Part shown: in pieces, positions 29,671 to 39,350 of the stretch
Numbering within the stretch: position 1 is the first letter of the stretch
Layout: each line of letters begins with the position of its first letter
Assembly (NCBI GenBank): GCA_016177845.1
Contig: JACOUO010000014.1
Coordinates: 187,005 to 251,004 of the forward strand
Reading direction: 5' to 3'
Origin: Deltaproteobacteria bacterium
GTDB taxonomy: Bacteria > Desulfobacterota > GWC2-55-46
DNA: 64,000 bases
Made by a program: the position numbers and the translations under genes
Notes under the pieces: model-generated
Seen by the model: the letters and a program-made list of their open reading frames with translations, nothing else
Databases searched by the model: none
Told to the model about the DNA's origin: nothing

Positions 29671-30282
29671 TTATGGCAGCCATTGGAAATATGACTTCTG
29701 TTCCTTTTGATATTCTCTTGGTGGCAGGGTTGCGAATACCGCGTCTATAAGCCTCTGTATCCGTGGTTCATAAGCCTGGTGCAGGGCAAGCTCAATGGTC
29801 TTTTTCTCAAGCCTTAAGTCTGATTCTTTTGTGGTGTATTCCGCCTCCCAGAGCTTAACGCCGGTTGCCGAATACATCTCAAACCTTGCGTCCATCTTAA
29901 GGGCGGTATATGTGGCGAACCTGTCCTTATCCCACTCTTTTATCTGGATATAGAGTATAGCATCAGTTCCGAAATGGTTGGCTACATCCCCGTAGGATTT
30001 CCCTTCAAACCACGATCTTCCTATGCCTTGATATTTTTCATCGACGCTTTCAAGCGGAAGGACTTGATAGTTAAGGTTCCTTAACTTCTGGTACGACATC
30101 ACCCTGAACTTATCGCTTATGTCCCGGTATTCCTTATTTGCGGTATCCCTGTAGACAATGGGCATGATGGCGACTGTCTTTGGGCTCAGAGAGCTGTACT
30201 CGTTAGAGACAGTATGCTTAACGAGATTGCCGCAGCCCGTGATGAATACAAAAAAGAAGAGAATTGTGATTAATTTTTTCAT
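29671..30282 (-). CDS. hypothetical lipoprotein
   Basis: Signal peptide with lipobox FITGCG. 203 aa, no confidently recognised family (possibly DUF799-like). Same strand as pgsA and 3 nt upstream of it. Confidence 0.55.
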   Translation of the reverse strand: MKKLITILFFFVFITGCGNLVKHTVSNEYSSLSPKTVAIMPIVYRDTANKEYRDISDKFRVMSYQKLRNLNYQVLPLESVDEKYQGIGRSWFEGKSYGDVANHFGTDAILYIQIKEWDKDRFATYTALKMDARFEMYSATGVKLWEAEYTTKESDLRLEKKTIELALHQAYEPRIQRLIDAVFATLPPREYQKEQKSYFQWLP

Positions 30283-30286
30283 TTTA

Positions 30287-30997
30287 TCAGGAAACAGGTT
30301 TTGGGGAGGCCTTTATGATGATTACCTGCGGCCCGCCCGGAAAGACAACGAATTTGTCTTCTACCTCTTTTGAGATCCTTTCTAATAATGTCTGCCCGCT
30401 GCCCGAGGCCTTTGCCAGAAGAACGATTCTACCCTTATAAAATGAGTCATAGGAGATGTCCTTTATCATGGCTATTTTGCCAAGGGCGGCAAGGAGCGTC
30501 CTGTAAGTCTCGTAATCAGTTATATCTACAAGGTTTATTGTTACAATCGAAGTGGACTCCGCACCTGATGTGATGCTGTTCAGTGCGGTCCTTAGCTGTT
30601 CTGCGTTTATAGAGGCCTCTATCCATATGTGATAGACCTCAAGGCCTGTGGCGTTCTCCCCCTCAGGCACTTCCAGTCCGGCAGGAGAATCCATGTGTGT
30701 GACCCAGCCCTCTGAAAGCACTTTATAATTGAGCACATACGAACGGGGGCTTGAGGTGATGTTGGCCTCTGTCAATGCCTTGTTGGCGTCTATCGAGTCC
30801 TTGTGCATGATGGACTTGAGCGCGTCTGAAACGGCATTTTGCAATGCTTTGTCTATTGCGATGCGCTTGACCTCTGCGGCATCATCCACCCGTGAGGCAG
30901 TGCCTTCAGCCTTTATCGTGATGATATCTTCGGCAAAGGCGCTAAAAGGCAGTATCAGGGCTATGAGAATGTAGATTATTGCTAATTTTGTTTTCAA
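30287..30997 (-). CDS. hypothetical secreted protein
   Basis: TTG start overlapping the miaA stop (TTGA). Cleavable signal peptide (…PFSAFA-ED). 236 aa, no family recognised. Confidence 0.5.
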   Translation of the reverse strand: MKTKLAIIYILIALILPFSAFAEDIITIKAEGTASRVDDAAEVKRIAIDKALQNAVSDALKSIMHKDSIDANKALTEANITSSPRSYVLNYKVLSEGWVTHMDSPAGLEVPEGENATGLEVYHIWIEASINAEQLRTALNSITSGAESTSIVTINLVDITDYETYRTLLAALGKIAMIKDISYDSFYKGRIVLLAKASGSGQTLLERISKEVEDKFVVFPGGPQVIIIKASPKPVS

Positions 30998-31911
30998 CTC
31001 AGGAATTCCTTTACAAGGTTGATTATATCCTTTTTCCCGTCAGGATGAAACCATCTTATTTCATTATCTTTTTTAAACCAGGTAATCTGCCTTTTGGCAT
31101 AATGCCGCGTGTTCTTCTTAAGTTCCTCCACGGCTTTCTCAAGATTATATTCACCTGCGATAAAATTGCACATTTCTTTATAACCCAAAGCGCACATCGG
31201 CTTCAAGCATGATGAGTAGCCCATCCCAAGAAGCCGCCTTGTCTCTTCCAATAGTCCCTCTTCCATCATCCTGTCGACTCGCCGTTCGATATCCCTGTAA
31301 AGGGAATCCCTTTCCTTGATGAGCCCTATTTTCAAGGTCTCAAACGGCTCTTCGGAAAAGCCATGCTCTCTCTGAAAGTCCGACATGGTCTTGCCTGAGA
31401 TATTATACACCTCAAGCGCGCGGATTACCCGTATAAGGTTATTGGGGTGGATGGTTGAGGCTGATATTGGGTCAACTTCCTTTAGTTTTTCGTAGATGTA
31501 CTCTTTTCCCTTTGTTTTCGCCTCTTCCATGAGGTTTTGCCTTATGGAGGCGTCCGAGGCAGGGCCTTCAAAAAGCCCTTGGGTCAGCGCCTTCACATAA
31601 AGCCCTGTGCCACCTGCCACAAAAATGTTTTTGCCCCTTGAGCTGATTTCTTCGATTTTAGCGGAGGCGTCCTTTTTATACCGCGCGGCGGTGTAGTCCT
31701 CATCAGGGTTGACTATATCAATGAGATGATGGGCAGCATTTGCCCTCTGCTCCCTTGTGGGCTTGGCAGTGCCGATGTCCATGTATCTATAAATCTGCAT
31801 GGAATCAGCGCTGACAATCTCACCGTTAAAAAGAGTTGAGAGCTCTACGGCAAGGTCGCTCTTGCCTGTGGCTGTCGGTCCGACTATGAGGATAAGTTTG
31901 GTTTTAGGCAT
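30994..31911 (-). CDS. miaA: tRNA dimethylallyltransferase
   Basis: P-loop GPTATGKS and the full MiaA architecture. Confidence 0.9.
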   Translation of the reverse strand: MPKTKLILIVGPTATGKSDLAVELSTLFNGEIVSADSMQIYRYMDIGTAKPTREQRANAAHHLIDIVNPDEDYTAARYKKDASAKIEEISSRGKNIFVAGGTGLYVKALTQGLFEGPASDASIRQNLMEEAKTKGKEYIYEKLKEVDPISASTIHPNNLIRVIRALEVYNISGKTMSDFQREHGFSEEPFETLKIGLIKERDSLYRDIERRVDRMMEEGLLEETRRLLGMGYSSCLKPMCALGYKEMCNFIAGEYNLEKAVEELKKNTRHYAKRQITWFKKDNEIRWFHPDGKKDIINLVKEFLS

Positions 31912-31914
31912 AAA

Positions 31915-31960
31915 AGAGTTTATTTTTGGTGGGCGCAGCCCACCCTACAAGTTTATATTT
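31915..31960. repeat. solitary module-D palindromic repeat
   Basis: tttggtgggcgcagcccaccctacaagtttatatt. The same module occurs at 2113-2130 and 14170-14195. Confidence 0.7.
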
Positions 31961-32024
31961 GCACCCCACCTATCAAACCAAAACCCCATTGATTTTACAA
32001 CAAGTTATGCTTGGGAAAGGAGAT

Positions 32025-32849
32025 TTAGGCGGCAATAAGGCGGATTAAGGTAAGCTCCGGCGGGCAGTTTATGCGTACGGGTATCATCACGACCCCGACC
32101 CCTCTGGAAACATAGGTCTGGCTCTCCCCGTTCTGAACAAGCCCCCCTGAATATTTCTGCCCATAGCTTGAGGGGACGATAGGGGCGTAGCCAAAAGGAA
32201 GTCTGACCTGGCCGCCGTGGGTGTGGCCTGAAAGCACAAGGTCAACCCTCTCTTGCTTTGAAACAAACTCCGAATAATCAGGATGATGGGAGAGAACGAC
32301 CCTTGGGATTTCCCTGTCAACTCCCTTTAAGGCAAGGGCAATATCAGGAGAATCTTCCCAGAAATCCTTTACGCCGGCGATGCACAGGGCGCTACCGCCC
32401 TTTTCAATAAGCCTGTGAGCGTTTTCAAGCAGCGGTATGTTGTGGGATTCAATGACTTTTGCCGCGTATTCTTTACCGATGAAGTGGTCATGGTTGCCGA
32501 GTATGGATATTATCCCGTGCTTTGCCTTTAGGGAGCTTAAGCTTTTTATCACAGGCTCCATGTACTTCTTTTCTTCATCGATATAGTCGCCTGTAAGTAC
32601 CGTAAGGTCGGGTTTCAGGTTGTTGGCGGTCTTAACAACATTATCGATGTATTCAAGCCCGACAATGGGGCTGTGGTGTATGTCCGTAATCTGGCAGATG
32701 GTAAAGTTATTGAACTCAGGGGCAAGCCCCTTTATCTTTACAGGCACTTCTTCGACTTTTATCTTTCTGGGCTCTATCACGAAACCCTCAAGCATCAGCG
32801 CGCCGCCCAGAAGTACCCCGCTTTTAAAAAAAGCTCTCCTTGAGATCAC
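32025..32849 (-). CDS. Tat-exported metallophosphoesterase (calcineurin-like)
   Basis: Twin-arginine motif SRRAFFK. Metallophosphatase motifs DxH, GDY, GNHD and GHTH. Confidence 0.8.
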   Translation of the reverse strand: MISRRAFFKSGVLLGGALMLEGFVIEPRKIKVEEVPVKIKGLAPEFNNFTICQITDIHHSPIVGLEYIDNVVKTANNLKPDLTVLTGDYIDEEKKYMEPVIKSLSSLKAKHGIISILGNHDHFIGKEYAAKVIESHNIPLLENAHRLIEKGGSALCIAGVKDFWEDSPDIALALKGVDREIPRVVLSHHPDYSEFVSKQERVDLVLSGHTHGGQVRLPFGYAPIVPSSYGQKYSGGLVQNGESQTYVSRGVGVVMIPVRINCPPELTLIRLIAA

Positions 32850-32856
32850 TTAAACC

Positions 32857-34617
32857 TCACCTTTTAAACATCACTTCTATCTCGCTTCTCGTAAATTTTT
32901 TGATTACAGGCCTGCCGTGAGGGCAGTGCCCCGCAAAATCTATCTTAACCATCTCCCTTATAAGGGCGTTTCCCTCTTCCCTTGTAAGCGGTCTCGGCCC
33001 CCTGATAACGCTGTGGCAGGCTATCCTCATAAGGGCCTCCTCAATCCTGTCTTCAACCCTTGACGAGCCGCCTACTGAGGAGAGTTCTTCAGCCAAATCT
33101 CTTATAAGAGTACCGCAGCTTTTTGCTGAAAGCAAATCAGGCACAGACTTTAAAAGGAATGTCTCGCCGCCTGTCTTTATGGAAGGCCCGAAGGGCATTA
33201 TCTCAAATCCAAGCCTGTCCAGATAATCCATTGATTCGTTTATCGAATCCCGTTCTTCGGGTGTGGTCTCAATGCGCTCAGGCAACAGAAGCATCTGCCG
33301 TTTTATCTTTGCTTCCATGAACTGCTTTTTAAGCCTCTCAAATGCGCTTCTTTCTGCCGCGCCGTGCTGGTCTATCAAATAAAGCTCGCCCCCGTTTGCC
33401 TTTGACTGGGCCAGTAAAAATTCGCCCCAGACCTGCCCGATTGTATCAAGCTCAAGCAGTTCAGGGTTTTTGACTTCTTCAGTATCCCGGTGGAACTCAA
33501 GCCGTCTTTCAACAGGCTCATCAAAATAAAAAGGGGCAGTCTCGGCGGCAAAAGATTCTTTTGATTGCGACACAGGGTAGCTTAAGTTATTGCCGTAAAC
33601 AGGACGGCTTGAATACGAAATAGAAGGGGCGGCTTTTGAAGGCAAAAGCCCTGTTGAGAGAGCCCCTCTGATTGCGTATTTGACGCTGTCGTAGATGAAT
33701 CTGGTGTTTTTAAACCGTACTTCGCTCTTGGTGGGGTGGATGTTTACATCTACATCCTCAAAGGGAATAATAAGGTCAAGCACAGCGAAGGGGTATCTTG
33801 AGTCGATTATCGACCCATATCCGTCAATTATAGCACGGTTTACGCCTTTGTCACGGATGGCGCGCCCGTTCACATAGGTATAGATTCCCTTGCTTGTAGG
33901 GAATGTCAGGTCAGGGGAGCTGATAAAGCCTGTCAGGTGAGGGGATTTTACCTCAATAAGGCTCTTTATGACCTCAATGCCGAATAAGTCCGCAATCCTT
34001 TGTTTCAGAGTGCCTGGTGCGGTCTCAAGGGCCCTGCCTGAGCCGTGTATTATCTTAAACCTCTTATCAGGGTTGATTAGCGCAATCTTTTTAAATACAT
34101 CAAGTATCTTTCCGTACTCGGACTCATTTGACCTTAGGAATTTAAGCCTTGCGGGTGTGTTGAAGAAGAGGTCTTTTACCTCGATGGAGGTGCCTTCAGG
34201 CGTACCGTCTTCGGATACCTCAGGGGTTGTGGAGCCTTCTATGACAACCATTGTGCCGGAGATATCCTCAGGACGCCTTGTCTTTAAGGTAACTCTGGCA
34301 ATGGATGAAATGCTTGAGAGCGCTTCACCCCTGAACCCCATTGTCCTGATGGAATAAAGGTCGTCTTCGCTTGATATTTTGGAAGTGGCATGGCGGTAGA
34401 ACGCAAGAGGGGCGTCTTCTTTTGAGATGCCGTGGCCGTTGTCAACGATGCGGATAAGCCTTTTGCCGCCCTCGATGATATGTACGGAGATGGAGGTAGC
34501 CCCTGCGTCAAGGGCGTTTTCCATCAGCTCCTTTACGACCGAGGCAGGTCTTTCTACGACCTCGCCTGCGGCAATTTTAGAGGCAAGCAGCTCATCAAGT
34601 ATCTTTATCTTAGCCAT
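32857..34617 (-). CDS. mutL: DNA mismatch repair protein MutL
   Basis: GHKL ATPase N-terminus (IAAGEVVERPASVVKELMENALDAGAT), transducer domain and C-terminal dimerisation domain. 586 aa. Confidence 0.9.
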   Translation of the reverse strand: MAKIKILDELLASKIAAGEVVERPASVVKELMENALDAGATSISVHIIEGGKRLIRIVDNGHGISKEDAPLAFYRHATSKISSEDDLYSIRTMGFRGEALSSISSIARVTLKTRRPEDISGTMVVIEGSTTPEVSEDGTPEGTSIEVKDLFFNTPARLKFLRSNESEYGKILDVFKKIALINPDKRFKIIHGSGRALETAPGTLKQRIADLFGIEVIKSLIEVKSPHLTGFISSPDLTFPTSKGIYTYVNGRAIRDKGVNRAIIDGYGSIIDSRYPFAVLDLIIPFEDVDVNIHPTKSEVRFKNTRFIYDSVKYAIRGALSTGLLPSKAAPSISYSSRPVYGNNLSYPVSQSKESFAAETAPFYFDEPVERRLEFHRDTEEVKNPELLELDTIGQVWGEFLLAQSKANGGELYLIDQHGAAERSAFERLKKQFMEAKIKRQMLLLPERIETTPEERDSINESMDYLDRLGFEIMPFGPSIKTGGETFLLKSVPDLLSAKSCGTLIRDLAEELSSVGGSSRVEDRIEEALMRIACHSVIRGPRPLTREEGNALIREMVKIDFAGHCPHGRPVIKKFTRSEIEVMFKR

Positions 34618-34632
34618 TTACAAATTTCCTGC

Positions 34633-35310
34633 TTATAAGAACCTGCTTAACGGGCATTGTTCGCAGAGCGGTTTTTTTGTTTTACAGTAATCTTTGCCAA
34701 GCCTTACTATCAAGGCATGGTATTCGTTGAACATGGTCAGGTCTTTCGGGAGGTTATCCATAAAGACCGCCTTCATCTCTTCGTAGCTGATATCTTCGCC
34801 TACAAACCCGTGCCTTGAAAAGACCCTCTTTGTATAGGCATCTACCACAAATTCAGGGTAAGAGGCGGCGTAGAGGATTATGGAGTCAGCTGTTTCAGGG
34901 CCGATGCCGTTTATCCCAAGCAGTTCCTGCCTTAAGGAGGCGGCGTTTTTCCTGAAAAGCCTCTCAAGGCTTCCGTTATAATTATCAAAAAGATGGTTTA
35001 TGAAGTGCTTAAGGCGTTTTGCCTTTATGTTGAAGTACCCTGCCGGCCTGATTAGCCCGGCAAGCTCAGTATGTTCAATGCGGTGCATCTTCTCAGGCGT
35101 AAGAAGCCCCTTTGCCTTGAGGTTCTTTATTGCCTTCTCGACATTTGTCCAAGCGGTATTCTGTGTAAGGATTGCCCCGATTATTATCTCGAAGCGGGTA
35201 TCTCCGGGCCACCATCCCTGTGGCCCGAAAGATTTGAATAGACTATTGTAGAAATCCAACAGTGATGAGGGGATGTCTTTTTTCTTCAAAGCGCGCATAC
35301 TGAATGCCAA
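34633..35310 (-). CDS. HhH-GPD / endonuclease III-related DNA glycosylase-like protein
   Basis: HhH motif (LLGINGIGPETADSI) and a C-terminal Cys cluster (C..C..C...C), as in the EndoIII-related family. Confidence 0.7.
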   Translation of the reverse strand: MAFSMRALKKKDIPSSLLDFYNSLFKSFGPQGWWPGDTRFEIIIGAILTQNTAWTNVEKAIKNLKAKGLLTPEKMHRIEHTELAGLIRPAGYFNIKAKRLKHFINHLFDNYNGSLERLFRKNAASLRQELLGINGIGPETADSIILYAASYPEFVVDAYTKRVFSRHGFVGEDISYEEMKAVFMDNLPKDLTMFNEYHALIVRLGKDYCKTKKPLCEQCPLSRFL

Positions 35311-35340
35311 AAATCCCCGCCATTTTGGGCGTGGTTTTAA

Positions 35341-37077
35341 TTACAGGTTTTTAAGGCGTTCCACTTCCCTTTCGGTCAGCATCCTGTACTGGCCGGGCTC
35401 AAGGCTTCCAAGCTTTATTCCAGCGAACTCAACTCTCTTAAGCTTTATGACAGGGTGTCCTATTGCCTGACACATCCTTTTGACAAGCCTGTTCCTGCCC
35501 TCTATTACGGTAATCTCTATCCAGGAGTTCTCCTGAGTTTCCTTTACAAACCTTGCCCTTGCAGGCAGAGTCCTTCCGTCCTCAAGGTAAACCCCGCGTT
35601 CCAGCTTCTCAATGTCTTCCCTCTTAGGCACATCCTTGACCTTTACAAGGTACTTTTTAGGGACTTTGAAGTTCGGGTGGATGAGCTTGTTTGAAAGCTC
35701 GCCGTCATTGGTAAGAAGTATTACCCCTTCGGCATCATAGTCCAGCCTGCCAATGGGATAAACCCTTTCCTTTGTATTGACAAGGTCGGTCACTACCTGC
35801 CTGTGAAGCGGGTCAGTAACCGCGCTGATGCAATCCTTTGGCTTATTTAAAAGTATATAGACCTTTGGCCCTTTGAACGAAATGAGCTTTCCGTCAACCG
35901 CTATCCTGTCCTTGAACGGGTCTGCTTTTGCCCCGACCTCAGTAACAGTATGGTTGTTTACGGTTACTCTGCCCTGAGTTACAAGCTCCTCTGCCTTTCT
36001 TCTGGATGTGATACCGGCAGCGGAGATGATCTTTTGAAGCCTTTCCTCATGCCCTTCCTCCAGATGGCGTGCAGGCTGTGGGGTTTTAGACCTTCTCGGC
36101 CTTGCTGGCCTCTGGGGCCTTTCCGACCACTTGGGCTTATCTGAACCCTCAGGTCTTTCAGGCCTTTCAGTCCCTTCAAAACGCTTCGGTCTTTCAGGCC
36201 TTTCTGACCTCTCAAACCTCTTAGGCCTTTCGCTTCTTTCCGATCTCTCAGGCCTCTCAAACCTTTGCGGCCTTTCGGGCCTTTCGGTTCTATTTGGCTT
36301 GTCAGTTCCTTCAAAACGCTTCGGTCTTACAGGCCTTTCCGACCTCTCAAACCTCTTAGGCCTTTCGCTTCTTTCAGATCTCTCAGGTCTCTCAAACCTT
36401 TGCGGCCTTTCCCGTCTTTCGGTTCTCTCGGATGACGACCAATCAAACTTTTTCTTTATCTGGTCTGTCCTCTCCCTCGTCTCCGATTCCTTCCTCGGGT
36501 ATCTCCTCGGAGCGTCCTGTGAGGCTCTCTCGTCCTTCTTCCAAGGCTTCTTCCTCAGTTCCTTCTGTGAGGTCTTCCCCTCCGGCCTCCAGACCAGAGT
36601 CCTCTCCCTCGTCTCCGATTCCTTCTTCGGGTATCTCTTCGCAGTGTCCTGTGAGGTCCTCTTCTCCCTGTTCCAGGATTGGTTCTTCTCCGAGTCCCTC
36701 CGGGTAGTCCTCTCCTCCGGCTTCCAGGACTGAGTCCCCTCCCTCGTCTCCGAGTTCCTCCTCGGATATCTCTTCGGAGCTTCCTCTGAGGGGTTCTCCT
36801 CCCTCTTCTTCCAAGGCTGGCTCCTGATGTTCTTCTTCATATCCATCCGGGAAGTCTTCTCCTCCGGCCTCCAGGACTGAGTCTTCTCCCTCGTCTCTGA
36901 TTGCCTCCTGGGACGGCCTTCCCTGTTCGGACGACCTTCCGTTCTCGGACGGTCCTCCCTCCTGTTCCTGTTCTCCTGCGCCCTCTTCTGATTCGGGCGG
37001 GTTTTGGGCGGCATTTTCTTCCTCCATTTTCTGTAAATCTTTAAGGCTCGGCAGGCACGAGAGGTCTTTAAGATCAA
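35341..37077 (-). CDS. rluB: RluB/RsuA-family pseudouridine synthase with an S4 domain and a long Arg/Glu-rich low-complexity N-terminal extension (start unresolved)
   Basis: The core (from about 36070 downward) has the S4 domain (ERLQKIISAAGITSRRKAEELV) and the pseudouridine synthase catalytic region (GRLDYDAEGVILLTNDG). There is no ATG, GTG or TTG in frame between the scpB stop (36443) and the S4 domain. The frame is open upstream to 37077 through the GA-rich repeats, in the +1 frame relative to scpB. Confidence 0.6.
   Translation of the reverse strand: MILKTSRACRALKIYRKWRKKMPPKTRPNQKRAQENRNRREDRPRTEGRPNREGRPRRQSETREKTQSWRPEEKTSRMDMKKNIRSQPWKKREENPSEEAPKRYPRRNSETREGTQSWKPEERTTRRDSEKNQSWNREKRTSQDTAKRYPKKESETRERTLVWRPEGKTSQKELRKKPWKKDERASQDAPRRYPRKESETRERTDQIKKKFDWSSSERTERRERPQRFERPERSERSERPKRFERSERPVRPKRFEGTDKPNRTERPERPQRFERPERSERSERPKRFERSERPERPKRFEGTERPERPEGSDKPKWSERPQRPARPRRSKTPQPARHLEEGHEERLQKIISAAGITSRRKAEELVTQGRVTVNNHTVTEVGAKADPFKDRIAVDGKLISFKGPKVYILLNKPKDCISAVTDPLHRQVVTDLVNTKERVYPIGRLDYDAEGVILLTNDGELSNKLIHPNFKVPKKYLVKVKDVPKREDIEKLERGVYLEDGRTLPARARFVKETQENSWIEITVIEGRNRLVKRMCQAIGHPVIKLKRVEFAGIKLGSLEPGQYRMLTEREVERLKNL
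36130..36900. repeat. GA-rich coding tandem repeats (2 x ~123 bp at 36130-36430; ~3 x 130-147 bp at 36460-36900)
   Basis: Direct reading of the sequence. The repeats encode ~44-49-aa acidic repeats in the ScpB tail (EGEDSVLEAGGED...EEIPEEGIGD) and R/E/P repeats (ERPERSERSERPKRFERSERP) in the rluB frame. Confidence 0.8.
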
Positions 37078-37546
37078 ATGTTTCCAGGAATTCCCTTGTA
37101 GTGCCGTAAACCACTGGCCTGCCGGGGACTTCCCTTCTGCCTACTATTTTTATGAATCTCTTCTCCATAAGGGTAGCAAGGACTCCACCTGAGTCCACGC
37201 CTCTTATGGCTTCAAGCTCACCCCTTGTAAGGGGCTGCTTGTATGCAATGATAGCAAGGCTTTCCATTGCCGCCTTGCTTATCTTCTGTGCGCCTATTTT
37301 AAAGAACTTCCGCAGCCACGGCGCGAACTCCGGGTTTGTCCTGAACTGGTAACCCCCGGCAACCTCTTCTATCAAAAAGCCACCGCTTCTGGCTTTATAG
37401 TCCTCAATCAGTTCCGCTAACGCTTCCTTTATTATTTGCCTGTCCTCGCCTTCAAGCACATTGGCGAGCTTCTCAAAGCTGATTGCGCTGTCCGCGGCAA
37501 AGATAAGGGATTCCAATACAGGCTTAAGACTGATTTTATCCAGCAT
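36443..37546 (-). CDS. scpB: segregation and condensation protein B with a ~170-aa acidic repetitive C-terminal tail
   Basis: Two ScpB winged-helix domains (LESLIFAADSAISFEKLANVL...; GELEAIRGVDSGGVLATLMEKRFI) followed by Glu/Gly/Asp-rich tandem repeats. Confidence 0.85.
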   Translation of the reverse strand: MLDKISLKPVLESLIFAADSAISFEKLANVLEGEDRQIIKEALAELIEDYKARSGGFLIEEVAGGYQFRTNPEFAPWLRKFFKIGAQKISKAAMESLAIIAYKQPLTRGELEAIRGVDSGGVLATLMEKRFIKIVGRREVPGRPVVYGTTREFLETFDLKDLSCLPSLKDLQKMEEENAAQNPPESEEGAGEQEQEGGPSENGRSSEQGRPSQEAIRDEGEDSVLEAGGEDFPDGYEEEHQEPALEEEGGEPLRGSSEEISEEELGDEGGDSVLEAGGEDYPEGLGEEPILEQGEEDLTGHCEEIPEEGIGDEGEDSGLEAGGEDLTEGTEEEALEEGRESLTGRSEEIPEEGIGDEGEDRPDKEKV

Positions 37547-37564
37547 AGGCTCTAAGTTCTTCCT

Positions 37565-38356
37565 TTACCCGTTATTTTCGGATTCTGTAGTAGTGGGCTC
37601 TGCGGCAAGCTCCGCTGCTTGTTCCTGTTCGGCATTCTCCTGCGGAGCGGGCAGATAGACTCTTATTACACCGTCATCTGTCTGGTGGATCTTTATCATG
37701 GTGAGCTTCGCAAGCTCAAGAATGGCAAGGAATGTAACTACAATTTCGCCTTTTGTTGAACCTTCGGCAAATAAAGCGGTAAATGTGGAACTTTTCAGGG
37801 TGTTGAGGTGCTCCATTATATCATTTATCTTATCCGCTATCTTAAACCGCTCAGAGGTAAGCTCAATCTTTCTCTCTTTAGGGGCTTTGGCAAGGACATC
37901 CTTCAAAGCCTCCATGAGGTCAAAGACAGAAACGCTCATGAATCCTGCCCCTTCCTCAAGCTCTTCTACAGGTATTTCAGAGCCCCTTGGGAATACATCT
38001 CTTCCGAGCACTACTCTTTCCCCAAGCTCTTTGGCAGCTTCTTTATACCTCTGGTACTCAAGGAGCCTCCTGACAAGCTCTTCCCTCGGGTCTGCCCCTT
38101 CTTCTTCCTCTTCTGGGGCTTCCTCATCCACGGGCAGCAGCATCTTGCTCTTGATATGCACAAGGCTCGCCGCCATTACGAGGAACTCACCCGCAAAATC
38201 AAGGTTCATCTCTTTCATCAGCTCAATATACTGAAGGTACTGCTCTGTAATGACAGCTACGGGAATATCGTAGATATCCACCTCGTTCTTCTTTATAAGA
38301 TGAAGAAGGAGGTCAAGAGGGCCTTCGAATATATCGAGTTTGATATTATAGAACAT
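37565..38356 (-). CDS. scpA: segregation and condensation protein A
   Basis: ScpA N-terminal motif FEGPLDLLLHLIKKNEVDIYDIPVAVITEQYL. ATG at 38356, 4 nt after the trpS stop. The ORF-track start at 38368 is TTG. Confidence 0.85.
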   Translation of the reverse strand: MFYNIKLDIFEGPLDLLLHLIKKNEVDIYDIPVAVITEQYLQYIELMKEMNLDFAGEFLVMAASLVHIKSKMLLPVDEEAPEEEEEGADPREELVRRLLEYQRYKEAAKELGERVVLGRDVFPRGSEIPVEELEEGAGFMSVSVFDLMEALKDVLAKAPKERKIELTSERFKIADKINDIMEHLNTLKSSTFTALFAEGSTKGEIVVTFLAILELAKLTMIKIHQTDDGVIRVYLPAPQENAEQEQAAELAAEPTTTESENNG

Positions 38357-38360
38357 TGCT

Positions 38361-39350
38361 TTATTCAAGCCCCATAGCGGCTCTTACCTGCTTCATGGTC
38401 TGATTGGCGACTTCAGAAGCTTTTACCGCACCCTGCTTAAGTATTGACCATACAAGCTCAGGGTCTTTTTCAAGCTCTTTGCGCCTTTTCTGTATAGGTT
38501 CTATATTGGCAAGCACCTTAGGTATAACGGATTTTTTGCACTCGGTGCAGCCTATGAGCGCCTTTGTGCAGCCTTCCCTGACCCATTCGATTGTTTTTTC
38601 ATCAGAATAAAGGTTATGGAATGTAAGGAAGAACGGGCAGACATCAGGGCTTCCGGCATCTGTCCTTCTTTTTCTGGCAGTATCCGTCATCATGTAAAGA
38701 ATCTTCTTTTCAATCTCTTCCGGCGTGTCAGAAAGAAAGATTGCGTTATTATAGCTCTTGCTCATCTTCCTGCCGTCAGTTCCCAGCACCTTGGGAATAG
38801 AGGTAAGAAGCGTCTGCGGTTCAGGGAATACCTCCCCGTAGAAGTAGTTAAACCTTCTGGTAATCTCCCTTGAAAGCTCAAGGTGAGGGGCCTGGTCTAT
38901 ACCTACAGGCACTTTATTTGCCTTATAGATTATGATATCCGCTGTCTGCAGCACAGGGTAGCCGAGAAAACCGTATGTATGGAGGTCTTTATCCTTTATC
39001 TCCTGAATCTGTTCCTTGTAAGTAGGGTTTCTCTCAAGCCAGGGCAGTGGGGTTATCATGGACAGGAGCACATTAAGCTCCGCATGTTCCTTAATGGCAG
39101 ACTGGCGGAAAATCGTTGATTTTGCCGGGTCTATGCCCACGGCGAGCCAGTCCAGCACCATCTGCCTTACATTCTCCTTGATGCCTGAGGGGTTTGCGTA
39201 ATCGGTAGTAAGGGCGTGCCAGTCAGCTACGAAGAAGAAACACTCGTACTCCTCCTGAAGCTTTAGCCAATTGGCAAGAACCCCGTGATAATGGCCAAAA
39301 TGCAGTTTACCTGTCGGCCTCATTCCGCTTAAAACTCGGGCCTGCGACAT
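38361..39350 (-). CDS. trpS: tryptophan--tRNA ligase
   Basis: Class I HIGH motif (GKLHFGHYHG) and KMSKS. Confidence 0.9.
   Translation of the reverse strand: MSQARVLSGMRPTGKLHFGHYHGVLANWLKLQEEYECFFFVADWHALTTDYANPSGIKENVRQMVLDWLAVGIDPAKSTIFRQSAIKEHAELNVLLSMITPLPWLERNPTYKEQIQEIKDKDLHTYGFLGYPVLQTADIIIYKANKVPVGIDQAPHLELSREITRRFNYFYGEVFPEPQTLLTSIPKVLGTDGRKMSKSYNNAIFLSDTPEEIEKKILYMMTDTARKRRTDAGSPDVCPFFLTFHNLYSDEKTIEWVREGCTKALIGCTECKKSVIPKVLANIEPIQKRRKELEKDPELVWSILKQGAVKASEVANQTMKQVRAAMGLE

Noticed and set aside
36131-36733. Plus-strand ORFs 36131..36733 and 36432..36707 (Leu/Ser-rich)
   Set aside because: They are antisense reading frames of the GA-rich tandem repeats coding the ScpB and RluB tails. 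There is no RBS and the composition is low-complexity.
37698-38377. Plus-strand ORFs 37698..38234 and 37808..38377
   Set aside because: They are antisense to scpA.
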